Assembly: GCA_965218425.1 (NCBI GenBank) | Contig: OZ244621.1 | Location: 800,001-864,000, forward strand | DNA from: an uncultured Candidatus Binatia bacterium | Lineage (GTDB): Bacteria > Desulfobacterota > Binatia > UBA9968 > CAXXLF01 | Length of the DNA stretch: 64,000 nucleotides | Direction of reading: 5' to 3' | Shown: in pieces, positions 49,251-60,638 of the stretch | Numbering within the stretch: the stretch's first letter is position 1 | Layout: the number at the start of each line of letters is the position of its first letter | The notes under the pieces: model-generated | The model's database searches: none | What the model was told of the DNA's origin: nothing | The model's input: only the letters and a program-made list of their open reading frames with translations | Program-made: the position numbers and the translations under genes

Positions 49251-49724
49251 CTATTTCTTCTTGTTCAACCTGGCAACAATCGCATCATACCGGCTTCCGT
49301 GGGCGGTAAAGGTCAACCCCCGTTTATTACCGTCTTCATGATCAAAATGAATTCCGAGGTATTCCTCCACCTCACCATTGGGGAGCCGCTCAAACCATTC
49401 AATCACACTCACTCCATCCGAAAAGAAACACTCCCTTAAACTCAACTCCTCCAGCTCCGTGGCGCTCGATAGCCGGTATAGATCCACGTGGAAAAGCGGC
49501 ATCCTGCCGTCATATTCATTGATAAGGGTAAAGGTGGGACTTCGTACCCAGGCCCCCTTAACCACGTTCACACCTTCCGCGAGTCCTCTAACAAAGCACG
49601 TCTTTCCACTTCCCAACTCGCCGGTCAGCCCTATGATCTCTCCGCCCACTAAGAGCCTTCCCAACTTCCTTCCCCAGCTCTGAGTTTGCGTGGCAGAACG
49701 AGAAAGGATCCTGAAGGACTTCAT
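49251..49724 (-). CDS. tsaE: tRNA threonylcarbamoyladenosine biosynthesis ATPase
   Basis: GELGSGKT, SPTFTL, H.DLYRL, IEW. Confidence 0.96.
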   Translation of the reverse strand: MKSFRILSRSATQTQSWGRKLGRLLVGGEIIGLTGELGSGKTCFVRGLAEGVNVVKGAWVRSPTFTLINEYDGRMPLFHVDLYRLSSATELEELSLRECFFSDGVSVIEWFERLPNGEVEEYLGIHFDHEDGNKRGLTFTAHGSRYDAIVARLNKKK

Positions 49725-49808
49725 GGTGATTCGTTACATGCGTAATCGTCACTCGTGTATTCGTTATTCGCATTGGGTAACGAATCAACGGGTCAACGGA
49801 TAACAATC
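49725..49808. repeat. Heptamer-armed fold-back spacer (nnr-tsaE)
   Basis: TCGTTAC...TCGTCAC TCGTGTAT TCGTTAT TCGCAT, then AACGAAT CAACGGGT CAACGGAT AACAAT. Confidence 0.75.
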
Positions 49809-49811
49809 TAA

Positions 49812-51380
49812 CTAGCTAGTCAACCGTTGACGATCCTCATTGAGTCGTTGGATCGCCAGGGGAAGTTCCTCCACTATATCTGAGGCAATTAATCCGATTT
49901 CCCCATGGCTTGAGGCCACCAGATCACCCGCAAAGCCATGAAGAAAAACACCCAGTTTAAGGGCCTCTTTCGGTCCAAGGCCCTGAGCCAAGAGGCCTGC
50001 CAAAATCCCTGCCAGGGCATCCCCCATACCGCCACTGGCCATCCCCGCGTTCCCGGTCGGATTGATATACACCCTACCGTCGGAAGTGGCAATCACGCTT
50101 CTCGCTCCCTTGAGCACAATATGGCACCGATTCTTGCGGGCAAAGTTTCGGGTGACTCCAATCCTATCACGGTTTATCACGGCCGTATCCGATCCCATGA
50201 GTCTGGCCATCTCACCCGGATGGGGAGTCAGAATTGGGGGAGTCTTAGCACCACGCAGTCTATTGATGTCCTCCGCTAAGATGTTCAGTCCGTCCGCATC
50301 AATGACCCAAGGCATTGCCAGGTTCTTGAGCAACCACCACAACGCGTTTTTGGCTCCCTCCTTGATCCCAATACCAGGACCGAAAAGCAGCGCACTTTTT
50401 CTGTCCAGCAATCTCGCCCAGCCCTGGTCGTCGGGGGCTTCCAATTCTTCTTGGGATTCCACCCCCAATGGCTCTGTCATGGACTCCACCAGTGCCGTTG
50501 CAAAGATACTGTTGAGGGCACGGGGGGCTGCTAGGGATACCAGGCCAGTCCCCATCCTCATGGCCGCTCTACAGGCAAGGATTGCCGCCCCAGTTTTCCC
50601 CCTGGATCCGGCCATCACCAGCAGATGACCATAGGTCCCCTTGTGGGAATCCGCCGCACGGGATGGGATCAGCCAACTTATATTCTGCTCCTCCAGTAGC
50701 TCTGTCTGAGGCCTCACCTCTTCAACTGCCTCGGGATGAATTCCAATATCCACCACTCCAAGATCACCCGCATAGGATAGCCCGGGGTGAATCACTTGAC
50801 CTAGCTTCGGGTAACCAAACGTAACGGTCATCTCGGCCTGAACGGCCGTTCCCAACGGTCGCCCGGTGTCGGCATGTAATCCCGACGGAATATCCACAGC
50901 AATAGTGGGAAGGCCTGAGGCGTTTATGGTTTCTATGACATCAAGGTAGAGGCCACGGACCTCATCTCGCAAACCCGTACCCAAGATGGAATCCACAACG
51001 ATTGCGTGGTTCTTCAGTTTTTGTGACAGGAGTGAAAGAGACCCCTCGTCCACCTCGTAAACTTTTCCCTTTGCTTTCAGCAATGCACGAAGATTCGCCG
51101 CCGCATCGGGGGAGAGGCTTTCTTTTTTGGCAAGGAGAATAACTTCACAGGGAATTCTTTTTTTTTTCAGATGGCGGGCCACCACCAAACCGTCCCCTCC
51201 ATTGTTCCCCCTCCCGGCTACAATCAGTACACCTCGTTTGACCGCACCACGAAAACGTTCCTGAATGCGCTTGAACACTCCCTCACCCGCTCGCTCCATT
51301 AAGGTGAGGCTCGGGACGTGGTGCTTCTCAATGGTCAAGCGGTCCAGCTCCCGCATTTCTTGCGCCGTAACAACCAGCAT
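49812..51380 (-). CDS. nnr: Bifunctional NAD(P)H-hydrate epimerase/dehydratase (YjeF)
   Basis: LMERAG, GNNGGDG, D.ILGTG, DIPSG, HKGTYG, GPGIG, DADGL, TPHPGE, GGMGD.L.G. Confidence 0.96.
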   Translation of the reverse strand: MLVVTAQEMRELDRLTIEKHHVPSLTLMERAGEGVFKRIQERFRGAVKRGVLIVAGRGNNGGDGLVVARHLKKKRIPCEVILLAKKESLSPDAAANLRALLKAKGKVYEVDEGSLSLLSQKLKNHAIVVDSILGTGLRDEVRGLYLDVIETINASGLPTIAVDIPSGLHADTGRPLGTAVQAEMTVTFGYPKLGQVIHPGLSYAGDLGVVDIGIHPEAVEEVRPQTELLEEQNISWLIPSRAADSHKGTYGHLLVMAGSRGKTGAAILACRAAMRMGTGLVSLAAPRALNSIFATALVESMTEPLGVESQEELEAPDDQGWARLLDRKSALLFGPGIGIKEGAKNALWWLLKNLAMPWVIDADGLNILAEDINRLRGAKTPPILTPHPGEMARLMGSDTAVINRDRIGVTRNFARKNRCHIVLKGARSVIATSDGRVYINPTGNAGMASGGMGDALAGILAGLLAQGLGPKEALKLGVFLHGFAGDLVASSHGEIGLIASDIVEELPLAIQRLNEDRQRLTS

Positions 51381-51519
51381 TCGTTACTCGATTATTTGTC
51401 AATGGTTAATGGGTTACTCGTCTATTCGCAATTCGCATATTGGCCCCTCGTGACTTCGAGACAAACCGAAGCCGCCAGTCTGATAACGATTCGGCCAATA
51501 ACCAGTATACGAATAACCA
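51381..51519. repeat. Heptamer-armed fold-back spacer (pdxJ-nnr)
   Basis: TCGTTAC...TCGTCTAT TCGCAAT, core AACCGAAGCCG (51464-51474), then ATAACGA...ATAACCA...ATAACCA. Confidence 0.75.
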
Positions 51520-51521
51520 TC

Positions 51522-52250
51522 CTAAGGTGTGACCTTCAGGAGGTCTTTCATTTCCGCAACTGCCCTTTCCATCCCAACAAAAATCGCTCGAGCGATAATA
51601 CTATGGCCGATGTTCAACTCCACGATTTCAGGGATGGCGACAATGGGAACAACATTGTGGTAATTCAACCCGTGGCCCCCATGGACTTCCAGTCCTAATT
51701 CACGGGCCAGTGAGGCGGCCCTTTTTAAATTTTCCAGCTCGCCTTTGCCGTCTCCAGAGGCATCGCAGTACTGACCGGTATGAATCTCGATACCATGGGC
51801 ACCCGTCTCCCGACTCGCCTCGATTTGCTGCTTCTCAGGATCGATAAAGAGGTTGACCTGAATTCCAGCTCCCTGCAGCCGGTCCACCGTCTCTTTCACC
51901 TTGCTCCTAGGAGCCGTCACGTTCAGGCCACCTTCGGTGGTGAGCTCTTCCCGGCGCTCCGGAACAAGACAAACGTCGTCGGGTTTTATTCTCCGGGCAA
52001 ACTCCAGCATCCCATGGGTCACCGCCATTTCAAGGTTCAACTTGGCGGCAAGCCGCTCCCGCAAGAACTCCACATCCCGCTCCTGAATGTGGCGCCGGTC
52101 TTCACGCAGATGGACGGTGATTCCATCGGCGCCTGCCTTCTCAGCGAGGAGTGCCGCCTCTACCGGATCGGGTATTTCGATCTGCCTTGCCTGACGTAGG
52201 GTGGCTACATGATCCACATTAATCCCAAGACGAATCTTCGTTAATCGCAT
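51522..52250 (-). CDS. pdxJ: Pyridoxine 5'-phosphate synthase
   Basis: [55 protein letters not shown]. Confidence 0.98.
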   Translation of the reverse strand: MRLTKIRLGINVDHVATLRQARQIEIPDPVEAALLAEKAGADGITVHLREDRRHIQERDVEFLRERLAAKLNLEMAVTHGMLEFARRIKPDDVCLVPERREELTTEGGLNVTAPRSKVKETVDRLQGAGIQVNLFIDPEKQQIEASRETGAHGIEIHTGQYCDASGDGKGELENLKRAASLARELGLEVHGGHGLNYHNVVPIVAIPEIVELNIGHSIIARAIFVGMERAVAEMKDLLKVTP

Positions 52251-52251
52251 C

Positions 52252-52310
52252 TTCGTATAATCGTTATTCGTATCATGAAATCAACCGGTAACGAGTTGAC
52301 GAGCAGCCAA
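52252..52310. repeat. Short heptamer-armed fold-back spacer (glmM-pdxJ)
   Basis: TCGTATAA TCGTTAT TCGTATC ... GTAACGA GTTGACGA GCAGCCA. Confidence 0.6.
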
Positions 52311-53786
52311 TCACTTGTTACTCCCTATCGTCACGCGAATCTCTTCCGCTATCTCCTGGGCCATCTTTCGAATACCGTCCTCGTCCTCTCCTTCCAACAT
52401 CACCCTGGCCATGGGTTCTGTCCCCGAGTATCGGACCAGAACCCTCCCCCGCGCCCCCAGTTCTTGTCCAATGGCAGTGATTCTCTTGTGCAAACGAGGG
52501 ATACTGGAGAAGGCCTTCTTCTCCTTGACTCCCACATTGAGAAGCACCTGAGGAAGCTTGGTCATCACACGCTTCAGCTCTCCCAGTGATTTCCCCTGTT
52601 CCTTCATAATCGTGAGAATCTGTAGCGCTGTGAGACAACCGTCTCCAGTGGTGTTATGGTCCATAAAAACCACATGCCCCGACTGTTCTCCACCCAGGTT
52701 GTATCCCCCCCGGATCATCTTCTCCACAACATACCTGTCCCCTATAGAGGTACGGATCACGTTAATCCCCATACCCTGGAGCGCAATATCCAGCCCGAGA
52801 TTGCTCATAACCGTCCCAACCACCGTGGAGGATGCAAGGGAGCCGTTTTGCTGCATGTAACCAGCACAGATGGCCAGCACCTCGTCCCCATCAACAATCT
52901 CCCCCTTCTCATCTACAAAGATGGCGCGATCACCATCCCCGTCCAGCAATACGGCCAAATCGGCGCCGTGCTCGAGCAGAACGCTTCGTGCCGCCTCGGG
53001 ATGAAGGGACCCACAGGTTTCATTAATATTTTCTCCATCGGGGTTGATCCCGATGGGAATCACCTCTGCGCCCAACTCGCTAAGGACCTCAGGCGCCACA
53101 CGATAGGCCGCCCCATGGGCACAGTCCACCACAATCTTCAATCCGTCCAGGGAAAGACGGCGTGAGAAGCTCATCTTTAAATAAACCACATTTCTTCCCA
53201 CCGCATCGGGTATTCGAAACGCTTTTCCTACCTCTGAAGCCGTGGGCCTGTACCGATCGATGGCGCCTCCAAAAATCAATTCCTCGATCCGCTCCTCAAG
53301 GGCATCAGGAAGCTTCAAGCCCTCCTGGGAGAAAAATTTGATTCCATTATCTCTAAAGAGATTATGAGAAGCCGAGATAACGACCCCGGCGTCAGCCCGC
53401 ATGCTACGGGTGAGAAAGGCGACTCCCGGCGTTGGCAGCGGACCCACAAGGAGTACATCAGCGCCCATGGAGCAGATTCCGGAAGCCAATGCCGTTTCAA
53501 TCATGTAACCGGAGAGCCGGGTGTCTTTTCCAATGAGGATACGGTAGCGGTGATCTCCCCTGCTTCCGCCCTTTTCACCTGATCCTATCCGCTTTGCCCT
53601 TTCAGGTTCCCGAAACACGTAGGCCAGCGCACGGCCCAGCTTTAACGCCGTTTCCGAGGTCATGGGCTCTAGATTGGCCACCCCCCGAACCCCATCTGTG
53701 CCAAAGAGCTGACGTTTTCGCTCATTTTGCTTTTTCGAGGGAGAGTGATTCATACGATTTTTCTCTACTGGTTGATCATTTTTCAT
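52311..53786 (-). CDS. glmM: Phosphoglucosamine mutase
   Basis: [53 protein letters not shown] overlap with folP. Confidence 0.97.
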   Translation of the reverse strand: MKNDQPVEKNRMNHSPSKKQNERKRQLFGTDGVRGVANLEPMTSETALKLGRALAYVFREPERAKRIGSGEKGGSRGDHRYRILIGKDTRLSGYMIETALASGICSMGADVLLVGPLPTPGVAFLTRSMRADAGVVISASHNLFRDNGIKFFSQEGLKLPDALEERIEELIFGGAIDRYRPTASEVGKAFRIPDAVGRNVVYLKMSFSRRLSLDGLKIVVDCAHGAAYRVAPEVLSELGAEVIPIGINPDGENINETCGSLHPEAARSVLLEHGADLAVLLDGDGDRAIFVDEKGEIVDGDEVLAICAGYMQQNGSLASSTVVGTVMSNLGLDIALQGMGINVIRTSIGDRYVVEKMIRGGYNLGGEQSGHVVFMDHNTTGDGCLTALQILTIMKEQGKSLGELKRVMTKLPQVLLNVGVKEKKAFSSIPRLHKRITAIGQELGARGRVLVRYSGTEPMARVMLEGEDEDGIRKMAQEIAEEIRVTIGSNK

Positions 53787-54688
53787 TGACTGGTCGCTCC
53801 GAAACGAATCTTATCAGCAACTCTAAGCGCGCGAAAGGTGGCCCTGACATCATGAACCCGAATCATGTTAGCCCCTCCCATGGCAGCGGCCACCGCCGCA
53901 GCAATGCTCCCCTCTAGCCGCTCTTCAGGTCCCAGTTGAAGGACCGTGCCAATGAAGGTCTTGCGCGATGGACCCACCAGCAAAGGTTGTCTCAAAGAGA
54001 TTAAAGTCGTGAGAGAGCGTAATAGCTCCAGGTTGTGGCCTAAATTTTTACCAAATCCGATACCCGGATCAATGATGATATTCACGGGGTCCACCCCTTC
54101 CGATTTTGCAAAGTCTATTTGGCGCCGCAAGAAATCAACCACCTCCATCACGACATTACGATAGTTCGGCTGGGCTTGCATGGTGCGAGGCTTACCTTGC
54201 ATGTGCATGAGGACCACCGGCACCTTTTCCCGGGCCACCATGGACGCCATGGCGGGGTCAAATCGCAAGGCACTAATGTCGTTGATCACATCCACCCCTT
54301 CGTCTAGAGCACAACGCGCCACATGGGCCTTTGTGGTATCCACTGATAGGGGTATTTTCACGGCCCGTCGAAGCTCTTGAAGAACCGGAATCACCCGTTC
54401 CAATTCTTCCTCGTCTGAGACGAGTTCTGAACCCGGGCGAGTGGATTCGCCACCGATGTCAATCACATCCGCCCCCTCCTCCGCCAATTGGATGCCACGG
54501 CCGATTGCCCGCGCGGGGTCTAGATAATTCCCCCCATCAGAAAAGGAATCCGGCGTAACATTGAGAACTCCCATGATTGCCGTGCGGCAGTTCATGTCTA
54601 TGACGCCATGCCGTGTAGGAAGGAGCCATTGGGTCTGACCGCTGGATTCCGGCGTGCTAGGCAAGGAAAAATTCGATTGACCAGGCAT
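53783..54688 (-). CDS. folP: Dihydropteroate synthase
   Basis: [47 protein letters not shown]. Confidence 0.98.
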   Translation of the reverse strand: MPGQSNFSLPSTPESSGQTQWLLPTRHGVIDMNCRTAIMGVLNVTPDSFSDGGNYLDPARAIGRGIQLAEEGADVIDIGGESTRPGSELVSDEEELERVIPVLQELRRAVKIPLSVDTTKAHVARCALDEGVDVINDISALRFDPAMASMVAREKVPVVLMHMQGKPRTMQAQPNYRNVVMEVVDFLRRQIDFAKSEGVDPVNIIIDPGIGFGKNLGHNLELLRSLTTLISLRQPLLVGPSRKTFIGTVLQLGPEERLEGSIAAAVAAAMGGANMIRVHDVRATFRALRVADKIRFGATSQ

Positions 54689-54807
54689 GACTCTAAAGGT
54701 GAACTCCTCTGAATATTATTTAGGACCCGCCCCTAAATGGTCGGGCAATTTGTCTTTGGACTGAAAAGTGGAAATGAGGAAGGCTGCAAATCCCTGGATA
54801 GGCCAAC

Positions 54808-56646
54808 CTAAACTTTGGCCGTGGCCGGAAAAGCGGCAAGGGGCTGACCATCGTTCCCGCCAAATTCCCGGACCAAGGCGTCGATCTCCGAACCGTCCAA
54901 GGACTCTTTCTCAAGGAGCTTCTCCGCCACCCTATGAAGGAGCTCGCGATTGGTGGTAAGGATCTTCTTGGCACGCTCATAACTTTCCATGATAATCCGC
55001 CGGATCTCGGCATCGATGGCAACGGCCGTGTCCTCGGAATAATCCTGTTGTTGGGTAAAGTCCCTTCCCAGAAAGATTTGTTCCTCTTTCTTACCAAAGG
55101 TCATGGGACCCAACTTATCGCTCATTCCCCACTCACATACCATTCGATGGACAATGTCAGTGGCCCGTTCGATATCATTACCCGCCCCGGTGGTCATGTG
55201 CTCCAGCACCAGCTCTTCGGCCACGCGCCCTCCGAAGAGGATGACGACGTTATTGAGCAAGTAATCCTTAGGGTAGGTGTGCTTCTCATCGATGGGAAGT
55301 TGCTGGGTAAGTCCCAGAGCCATTCCCCGTGGTATGATCGTCACCTTGTGGATCGGGTCGGTCCCCGGGAGCATCTGGGCCACAAGGGCATGGCCAGCTT
55401 CATGATAAGCAGTATTGCGCTTCTCCTCTTCACTGATAATCATGCTCTTGCGCTCAGAGCCCATCATCACCTTGTCTTTTGCCAACTCGAAGTCCTGCAT
55501 ATCCACTTTTTCTTTGTCCTCACGAGCAGCCAGAAGGGCCGCCTCGTTGACCAGGTTTTCTAGATCCGCACCGGCAAAACCAGGGGTCCCTCTGGCCAAG
55601 ACAACCACATCCACGTCGTTGTCCAAAGGCACCTTGCGAACATGCACTGACAAGATCCCTTCCCTGCCCTTAATGTCGGGACGAGGAACGATCACCGTGC
55701 GATCAAACCGACCTGGACGTAGAAGTGCAGGATCCAACACATCGGGGCGATTGGTTGCCGCGATCAAGATAACGCCCTCATTGGCCTCGAACCCATCCAT
55801 TTCAACCAGCAGCTGATTCAGGGTCTGCTCCCTTTCGTCATGTCCACCCCCCAGACCGGCACCCCGTTGCCGCCCCACAGCGTCGATCTCGTCGATAAAA
55901 ATAATGCAGGGGGCATTTTTCTTTCCTTGCACGAAAAGATCTCTGACTCGAGAAGCCCCCACGCCTACGAACATTTCCACAAAATCAGAGCCACTGATGC
56001 TAAAGAAGGGAACCCCTGCCTCGCCTGCAATGGCCCGGGCCAGAAGGGTTTTGCCCGTACCCGGAGGCCCCACCAGGAGGCATCCCTTTGGAATGCGGCC
56101 TCCCAGTCTCGTAAACTTCTTCGGGTCTTTTAGAAAGGCAATGACCTCTTGCAAATCATCCTTGGCCTCTTCCACCCCCGCCACATCGTTAAAGGTGACC
56201 TTGGACTGGTTTTCGGTGAGAAGGCGTGCACGACTCTTGCCGAACGACATGGCCTTGCCACCCCCCACCTGCATCTGGCGCATAAAAAAGATCCACACGC
56301 CGATCAGAAGCAGCATGGGGAACCAATTCACGAGCAGAACCATATACCAGGGGGATTCATCCTCCGGTTTTGCGGCGATCCTTACCTTTCTCTCCCTCAG
56401 CATCTTCACCAGATCAGGATCGCCAGGGGTAAAGGTCTTGAAGGACTCACCGCTCTGATATTTACCCTGAATGCTGTTTCCCTGAATGGTAACCTCTTGC
56501 ACATCCCCCTTCTCGACGGATGCCCAGAAGTCGCTAAAGACCACTTCAGGTTCCCTGCTGTGCTGTCTGGTAAAGACATTAAACAGCAAGAGAAACACTA
56601 GCCCCAACACCAGCCACAGGGCTAGATTTTTAGATGTTTGGTTCAA
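54808..56646 (-). CDS. ftsH: ATP-dependent zinc metalloprotease FtsH
   Basis: Two TM helices, [29 protein letters not shown]. Confidence 0.99.
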   Translation of the reverse strand: MNQTSKNLALWLVLGLVFLLLFNVFTRQHSREPEVVFSDFWASVEKGDVQEVTIQGNSIQGKYQSGESFKTFTPGDPDLVKMLRERKVRIAAKPEDESPWYMVLLVNWFPMLLLIGVWIFFMRQMQVGGGKAMSFGKSRARLLTENQSKVTFNDVAGVEEAKDDLQEVIAFLKDPKKFTRLGGRIPKGCLLVGPPGTGKTLLARAIAGEAGVPFFSISGSDFVEMFVGVGASRVRDLFVQGKKNAPCIIFIDEIDAVGRQRGAGLGGGHDEREQTLNQLLVEMDGFEANEGVILIAATNRPDVLDPALLRPGRFDRTVIVPRPDIKGREGILSVHVRKVPLDNDVDVVVLARGTPGFAGADLENLVNEAALLAAREDKEKVDMQDFELAKDKVMMGSERKSMIISEEEKRNTAYHEAGHALVAQMLPGTDPIHKVTIIPRGMALGLTQQLPIDEKHTYPKDYLLNNVVILFGGRVAEELVLEHMTTGAGNDIERATDIVHRMVCEWGMSDKLGPMTFGKKEEQIFLGRDFTQQQDYSEDTAVAIDAEIRRIIMESYERAKKILTTNRELLHRVAEKLLEKESLDGSEIDALVREFGGNDGQPLAAFPATAKV

Positions 56647-56772
56647 TTGAACCCCCTTGGGAACAGACCTTCAAAAAAGAAAGCCCTTATTGGATTTACC
56701 ACAGTCAGAGGTTTAGATCAATCTATCTCGATTAACAGAAAGTTCAATATTTTCGAGGGTTAAGTGTAACGG

Positions 56773-58215
56773 CTACCCGTCAAGGGGCATAATTCGTACC
56801 TTCAAGATCTCCCTTGCGTTTGGACCGGCCTTCGCCAGCTCACTTCTGCCGTAACGAGGAATCCATAAAATTTCCTCTCCGGACACGAGGATGGGCAGGT
56901 ATCGGCGCATCGAGAGAGGGATTTTCTTCTCAATAAACAGGTCTTTCACCTTTTTGTGTCCTGTCATTCCCAGAGGTTGGAAACGGTCTCCAGTGCGAAA
57001 GTTCCGAACCGTGAGTGGTTGCGGGAGGGAACTGGAATCAAAATACGCCTCAAACTCATTTTGAGGTTTAGCGTCGGTTGAAACATGGGAGCTTCTCAGG
57101 CTCTGAAACCTCACCCCTGCTTCAGGCACCATCACGGAGCCTTCTCGCGGGAGAGAGTAACTATAGCACGGCAGCACAGGCTTCTTTCTTCCGCTTCTCT
57201 CGAGGCGAACGATATCGTACTCCTTCACCAGATTCCACCCCTTGGGTAGTGAGAACCTACCCTGTGACGGTCCCCGGGCCATAAACTCCAAGGCTGTTTC
57301 AACATGGCTAAAGGCCATGCCCCGGAGTTTATCGGAGTTGGATTCGAGCCACCTGCGGACAATCCTGCGTTGGATTGCCTTGTCTTCTTGCAGCAGGGCC
57401 CCAATCATGAGGTCTCCACCACCTCCAAGCCGTTGGAGCCCCCGCAAGGTGATCCCATCCAATATTTTCTCTTCCTCACGAAAAATCTCTGCTAACTGCG
57501 CCAGCCTATCACTCACCCCATCATCAATTCTCTCCCTGAGCTGGGGTAGCAATTGGTGACGAGTCCAGTTGCGCAGCAGTCGGCAGTCCAGATTGGTGGA
57601 ATCTGTGCGGTAATCGAGGTTTCGATCCGCAAGATAGGCTAAAATTTCTTGACGAGAGTCCTCAATGAGGGGACGAACCAGAGACAAATCGGTGGATGGT
57701 GAGGCCTGGTCCTTGAAATGGCGCAGGGGCGAGATTCCGCCCAACCCTCTTCGCCCGCTCCCGCGCAGAAACCACATGATCACGGTCTCTGCTTGATCAT
57801 CCCTGGTATGTGCGGTAGCAACCTTATTGAACGTGCAACCCTTGGCCATATCGACAAAAAACTCGTATCGTTCCTTGCGGGCCAGGGCCTCCATGTTACC
57901 CTTGCCGTTTTCCAACCTCACCTGCGGCAAATCAACTTCCCTGAGGAAGAACGGGACAGCCCATTGCTCTGCCAAATGGGCCACAAAGCGCGCATCCTCC
58001 CGAGCCTCCTCTCCGCGCAAGCCATGAATGAGGTGGGCCACAGCGAGTCGCAAGCCGAGTTCTTCGCGCAGGCTCAACATCAGATGGAACATGGCCACGG
58101 AGTCTGGTCCCCCGGACACTCCCAACAATACGCCATCCCCATGGGAGAGCATGCCGTATTTTCGGATGGTTTCCTTAATTTTGATTTCGAGATTCCTCAT
58201 GAAGCGGTCACTCAA
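56773..58215 (-). CDS. tilS: tRNA(Ile)-lysidine synthetase
   Basis: SGGPDS, H.LRG, AR..RY, TAH..DDQAET, RPL, D.TN, C-terminal GDRF.PLGM.G.KK.KD; upstream of ftsH. Confidence 0.96.
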   Translation of the reverse strand: MSDRFMRNLEIKIKETIRKYGMLSHGDGVLLGVSGGPDSVAMFHLMLSLREELGLRLAVAHLIHGLRGEEAREDARFVAHLAEQWAVPFFLREVDLPQVRLENGKGNMEALARKERYEFFVDMAKGCTFNKVATAHTRDDQAETVIMWFLRGSGRRGLGGISPLRHFKDQASPSTDLSLVRPLIEDSRQEILAYLADRNLDYRTDSTNLDCRLLRNWTRHQLLPQLRERIDDGVSDRLAQLAEIFREEEKILDGITLRGLQRLGGGGDLMIGALLQEDKAIQRRIVRRWLESNSDKLRGMAFSHVETALEFMARGPSQGRFSLPKGWNLVKEYDIVRLERSGRKKPVLPCYSYSLPREGSVMVPEAGVRFQSLRSSHVSTDAKPQNEFEAYFDSSSLPQPLTVRNFRTGDRFQPLGMTGHKKVKDLFIEKKIPLSMRRYLPILVSGEEILWIPRYGRSELAKAGPNAREILKVRIMPLDG

Positions 58216-58275
58216 GATACGCTACCTAGTTAGTAAACATTTGATATGGGTTTCTCCCTCCTTTCGGAACAATTG

Positions 58276-58453
58276 CCCTCGCCCAAAGCCCATGCGACGG
58301 GGAAGCGAGGATGAAGGGCATGGTCATCCAACGTAACGCTTCGAGTATTCACCAGCTTATGCCCACGGCCTGGCCTCGACGGTGAGCTCGGCCGAACCGA
58401 ATGCTCGCCGCCCGAGGAGAACCCAAGCTTCGGGGGCCGCTTCTTGGCGGGAG
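58276..58453. repeat. Dispersed palindromic element, copy B (degenerate, with 28-nt nested insert)
   Basis: GGGAAGCGAG...TGGTCATCCAACGT...TATTCAC...TGCCCACGGCC[insert 58371-58398]GAATGCTCGCCGCCCGAGGAG aligns with 23931-24021. Confidence 0.75.
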
Positions 58454-58594
58454 TCCGTGAATTGTTTCTTGTTTGCTCAATTCAGCCCTTGACCTATTAA
58501 AATTCCGCGCGCATTACCACCTGAAAGCAAACGGACTTGGTCGAGTGTCACCTCTAAAAATTCCGCAAATTCAAAGATCCACAATCCTCGGCCA

Positions 58595-59683
58595 CTACAA
58601 TTTCAAGCGACCCGCATAACCGGTCATCTCCACATACCCTACGCCCCCAACGTGCTTTTTTTCAAAGACCCCCTGAACCCGCACGGCTCCTTCCCAGTAG
58701 GTCACGCGGGTACTCTTTCGTGTATCCAGCTCCTGTGCGGTGAATACAGGAACCACTTCCAGACTAATATCTTCCCCTGGAATCAAAATTTGCCACCCCA
58801 TTGGATACGTACCGCCGCTCTGAGGGCTTTTCCACTTGTGCAACACCTGCACCCGGAATTCTCCCAATGGGAGACGCCGGGTCGTACCATCCTTATAAAT
58901 CAACGTGCCGCTGGAAAAAGCGTCCACCGAACCGTCCTTGCGGCGGATCAAGTACAGCATCAGCTCTGTCTGGTTCTCTAACTGGAGACTAAACCAATCC
59001 CATCCCACCTGATCGTCTCCCAACTGGTCACTGCCAAATTCGTGATCCATCCAGCTTAGCCCCCGAACCTTTTCCCTTTTCCCCTCAATCTCAATCTCTC
59101 CATCCGTCCGCAGCCGGGTCAAGGAATAGTAATGGGAGGCGCGACCTATTCCTTCTCCCTTTTGACTCAGACCGTTTTGGCCGTGAAGCACCGGGGGCTT
59201 GAGTGGGGTCAACCGTAACCTCAATACTCGGTCTCTATCCTTGACCGTAATCATATGGCTCTTGCCCTTGAGCTCCACCTTCCAGTCTTCATTCCAGACC
59301 AAAAAACGGGTAGTCGATGCTCCTGCTATTCCATTGTATCCCCGGTTCACTCTTTCCCGAAAGACAAACCTTTTCTCCTTCTTATCGGATAACGCAAAAT
59401 GGGCCATGTAAAGTTCCGTAAACATGGGAGGGATTTTGCTTTGCGCGATTTGGCGATCTCGTAAACCGTAGCGGAAGAACGTCACCTGATAGCCATAACT
59501 TCTCCCCCCTTCGGTCTCCAAATGGCCGGTGTAATACCACCATTCAGTCCGAAAGTCGGGGTGCGAAAAATGGTCCCGGGGGAACGATAGGGTTCTGTTA
59601 GGTACAGCCAACCGATAGCTGAAAGATGAGGCTACCATTAAGGTGACCAGCAGCCCAAGTGAGATAGACCTACGACCCACCAT
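58595..59683 (-). CDS. Secreted lipocalin-like protein (AttH / CrtC hydroxyneurosporene synthase-like)
   Basis: Signal peptide; FPRDH..HP.FRTEWWY.TG, SHYYS, WMDHE, GWDWF, YWEG, GYVEMTGY. Confidence 0.88.
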   Translation of the reverse strand: MVGRRSISLGLLVTLMVASSFSYRLAVPNRTLSFPRDHFSHPDFRTEWWYYTGHLETEGGRSYGYQVTFFRYGLRDRQIAQSKIPPMFTELYMAHFALSDKKEKRFVFRERVNRGYNGIAGASTTRFLVWNEDWKVELKGKSHMITVKDRDRVLRLRLTPLKPPVLHGQNGLSQKGEGIGRASHYYSLTRLRTDGEIEIEGKREKVRGLSWMDHEFGSDQLGDDQVGWDWFSLQLENQTELMLYLIRRKDGSVDAFSSGTLIYKDGTTRRLPLGEFRVQVLHKWKSPQSGGTYPMGWQILIPGEDISLEVVPVFTAQELDTRKSTRVTYWEGAVRVQGVFEKKHVGGVGYVEMTGYAGRLKL

Positions 59684-59765
59684 AATTAACAGTTCCAGAT
59701 TCTTTATATAAGTATATCATCTCAAGCTGCAATGGAGGATCAGATGACGGCCCTAAAAAAATGGA

Positions 59766-59794
59766 TTGAGACAGGACCGAAGTAATGCTATAAG
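59766..59794 (+). promoter_or_regulatory. sigma70 promoter, leaderless configuration
   Basis: TTGAGA-N17-(TGn)TATAAG, 7 nt before ATG 59802. Confidence 0.65.
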
Positions 59795-59801
59795 AGCCGT
59801 T

Positions 59802-60638
59802 ATGGAATCGGGAGGATACGCCCGTCCGGAGCTACTCACGACCGCGGAGGAATTGAATCAATGTTTAAGGGACCCTGCCCTATGCCTCATTGACACCCGG
59901 CCTGCGGAACAATTCGCTCAGGGTCATATCCCGGGATCCGTCCATTTCGATCTTTTCGGGCTAAGCCTCATTGATACCAGTCCGGCCCCCCTCAAGGCTT
60001 TTAATTTCATGATTCACCACATCTTCGACATGCGAGGCGTGGACGAAAACAAGAGAGTCGTTTTCTATGAGGAAACCTCAGGCATGAGGGCCGCACGCGG
60101 ACTGTGGTTTTTGGAATACTTCGGCCATCCAAATGTTCAAGTCCTGGATGGCGGGGTCCAGGCTTGGAGACAGGGTGGATTTTCCATCACCACCGATGTC
60201 ACCCCCCCTGTTTCATCACGATTGAAAGCGGTAGAGAAGAAAAACCTACTGGCAACGGCGGACTACCTATTGGCGTCACTGAACCAGGGCGCCTCCTGCA
60301 TCCTCGATACCCGCAGTGACGATGAGTACATGGGACGAAATGTTCGAGCCGCGCGAGGCGGGGCTATCCCCGGCGCCATCCACCTGGAGTGGACCCGAAG
60401 CCTGGATGAGAGAGGTGGGTTCAAACCCGCCTCAGAACTGAAAGCCATGTTCCTAAAGGCAGGCATCACTCCGGACAAGGAAATCATCGCCTACTGTCAG
60501 GGGGGGTACCGCTCGGCCCATTCCTATCTGGCCCTCAGACTCCTTGGCTACCCCAGAGTTCGAAATTACCTTGGCTCCTGGAAGGAATGGGGCGATCGTT
60601 TAAAGTTGCCCATTGAAAGGCCCTGGGAAACACGGTGA
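59802..60638 (+). CDS. Two-domain rhodanese-family sulfurtransferase
   Basis: GHIPG, AAR..W, LDGG..AW, D.RS..EY, G.IPGA, active loop YCQGGYRS, Y.GSW.EW. Confidence 0.93.
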   Translation: MESGGYARPELLTTAEELNQCLRDPALCLIDTRPAEQFAQGHIPGSVHFDLFGLSLIDTSPAPLKAFNFMIHHIFDMRGVDENKRVVFYEETSGMRAARGLWFLEYFGHPNVQVLDGGVQAWRQGGFSITTDVTPPVSSRLKAVEKKNLLATADYLLASLNQGASCILDTRSDDEYMGRNVRAARGGAIPGAIHLEWTRSLDERGGFKPASELKAMFLKAGITPDKEIIAYCQGGYRSAHSYLALRLLGYPRVRNYLGSWKEWGDRLKLPIERPWETR

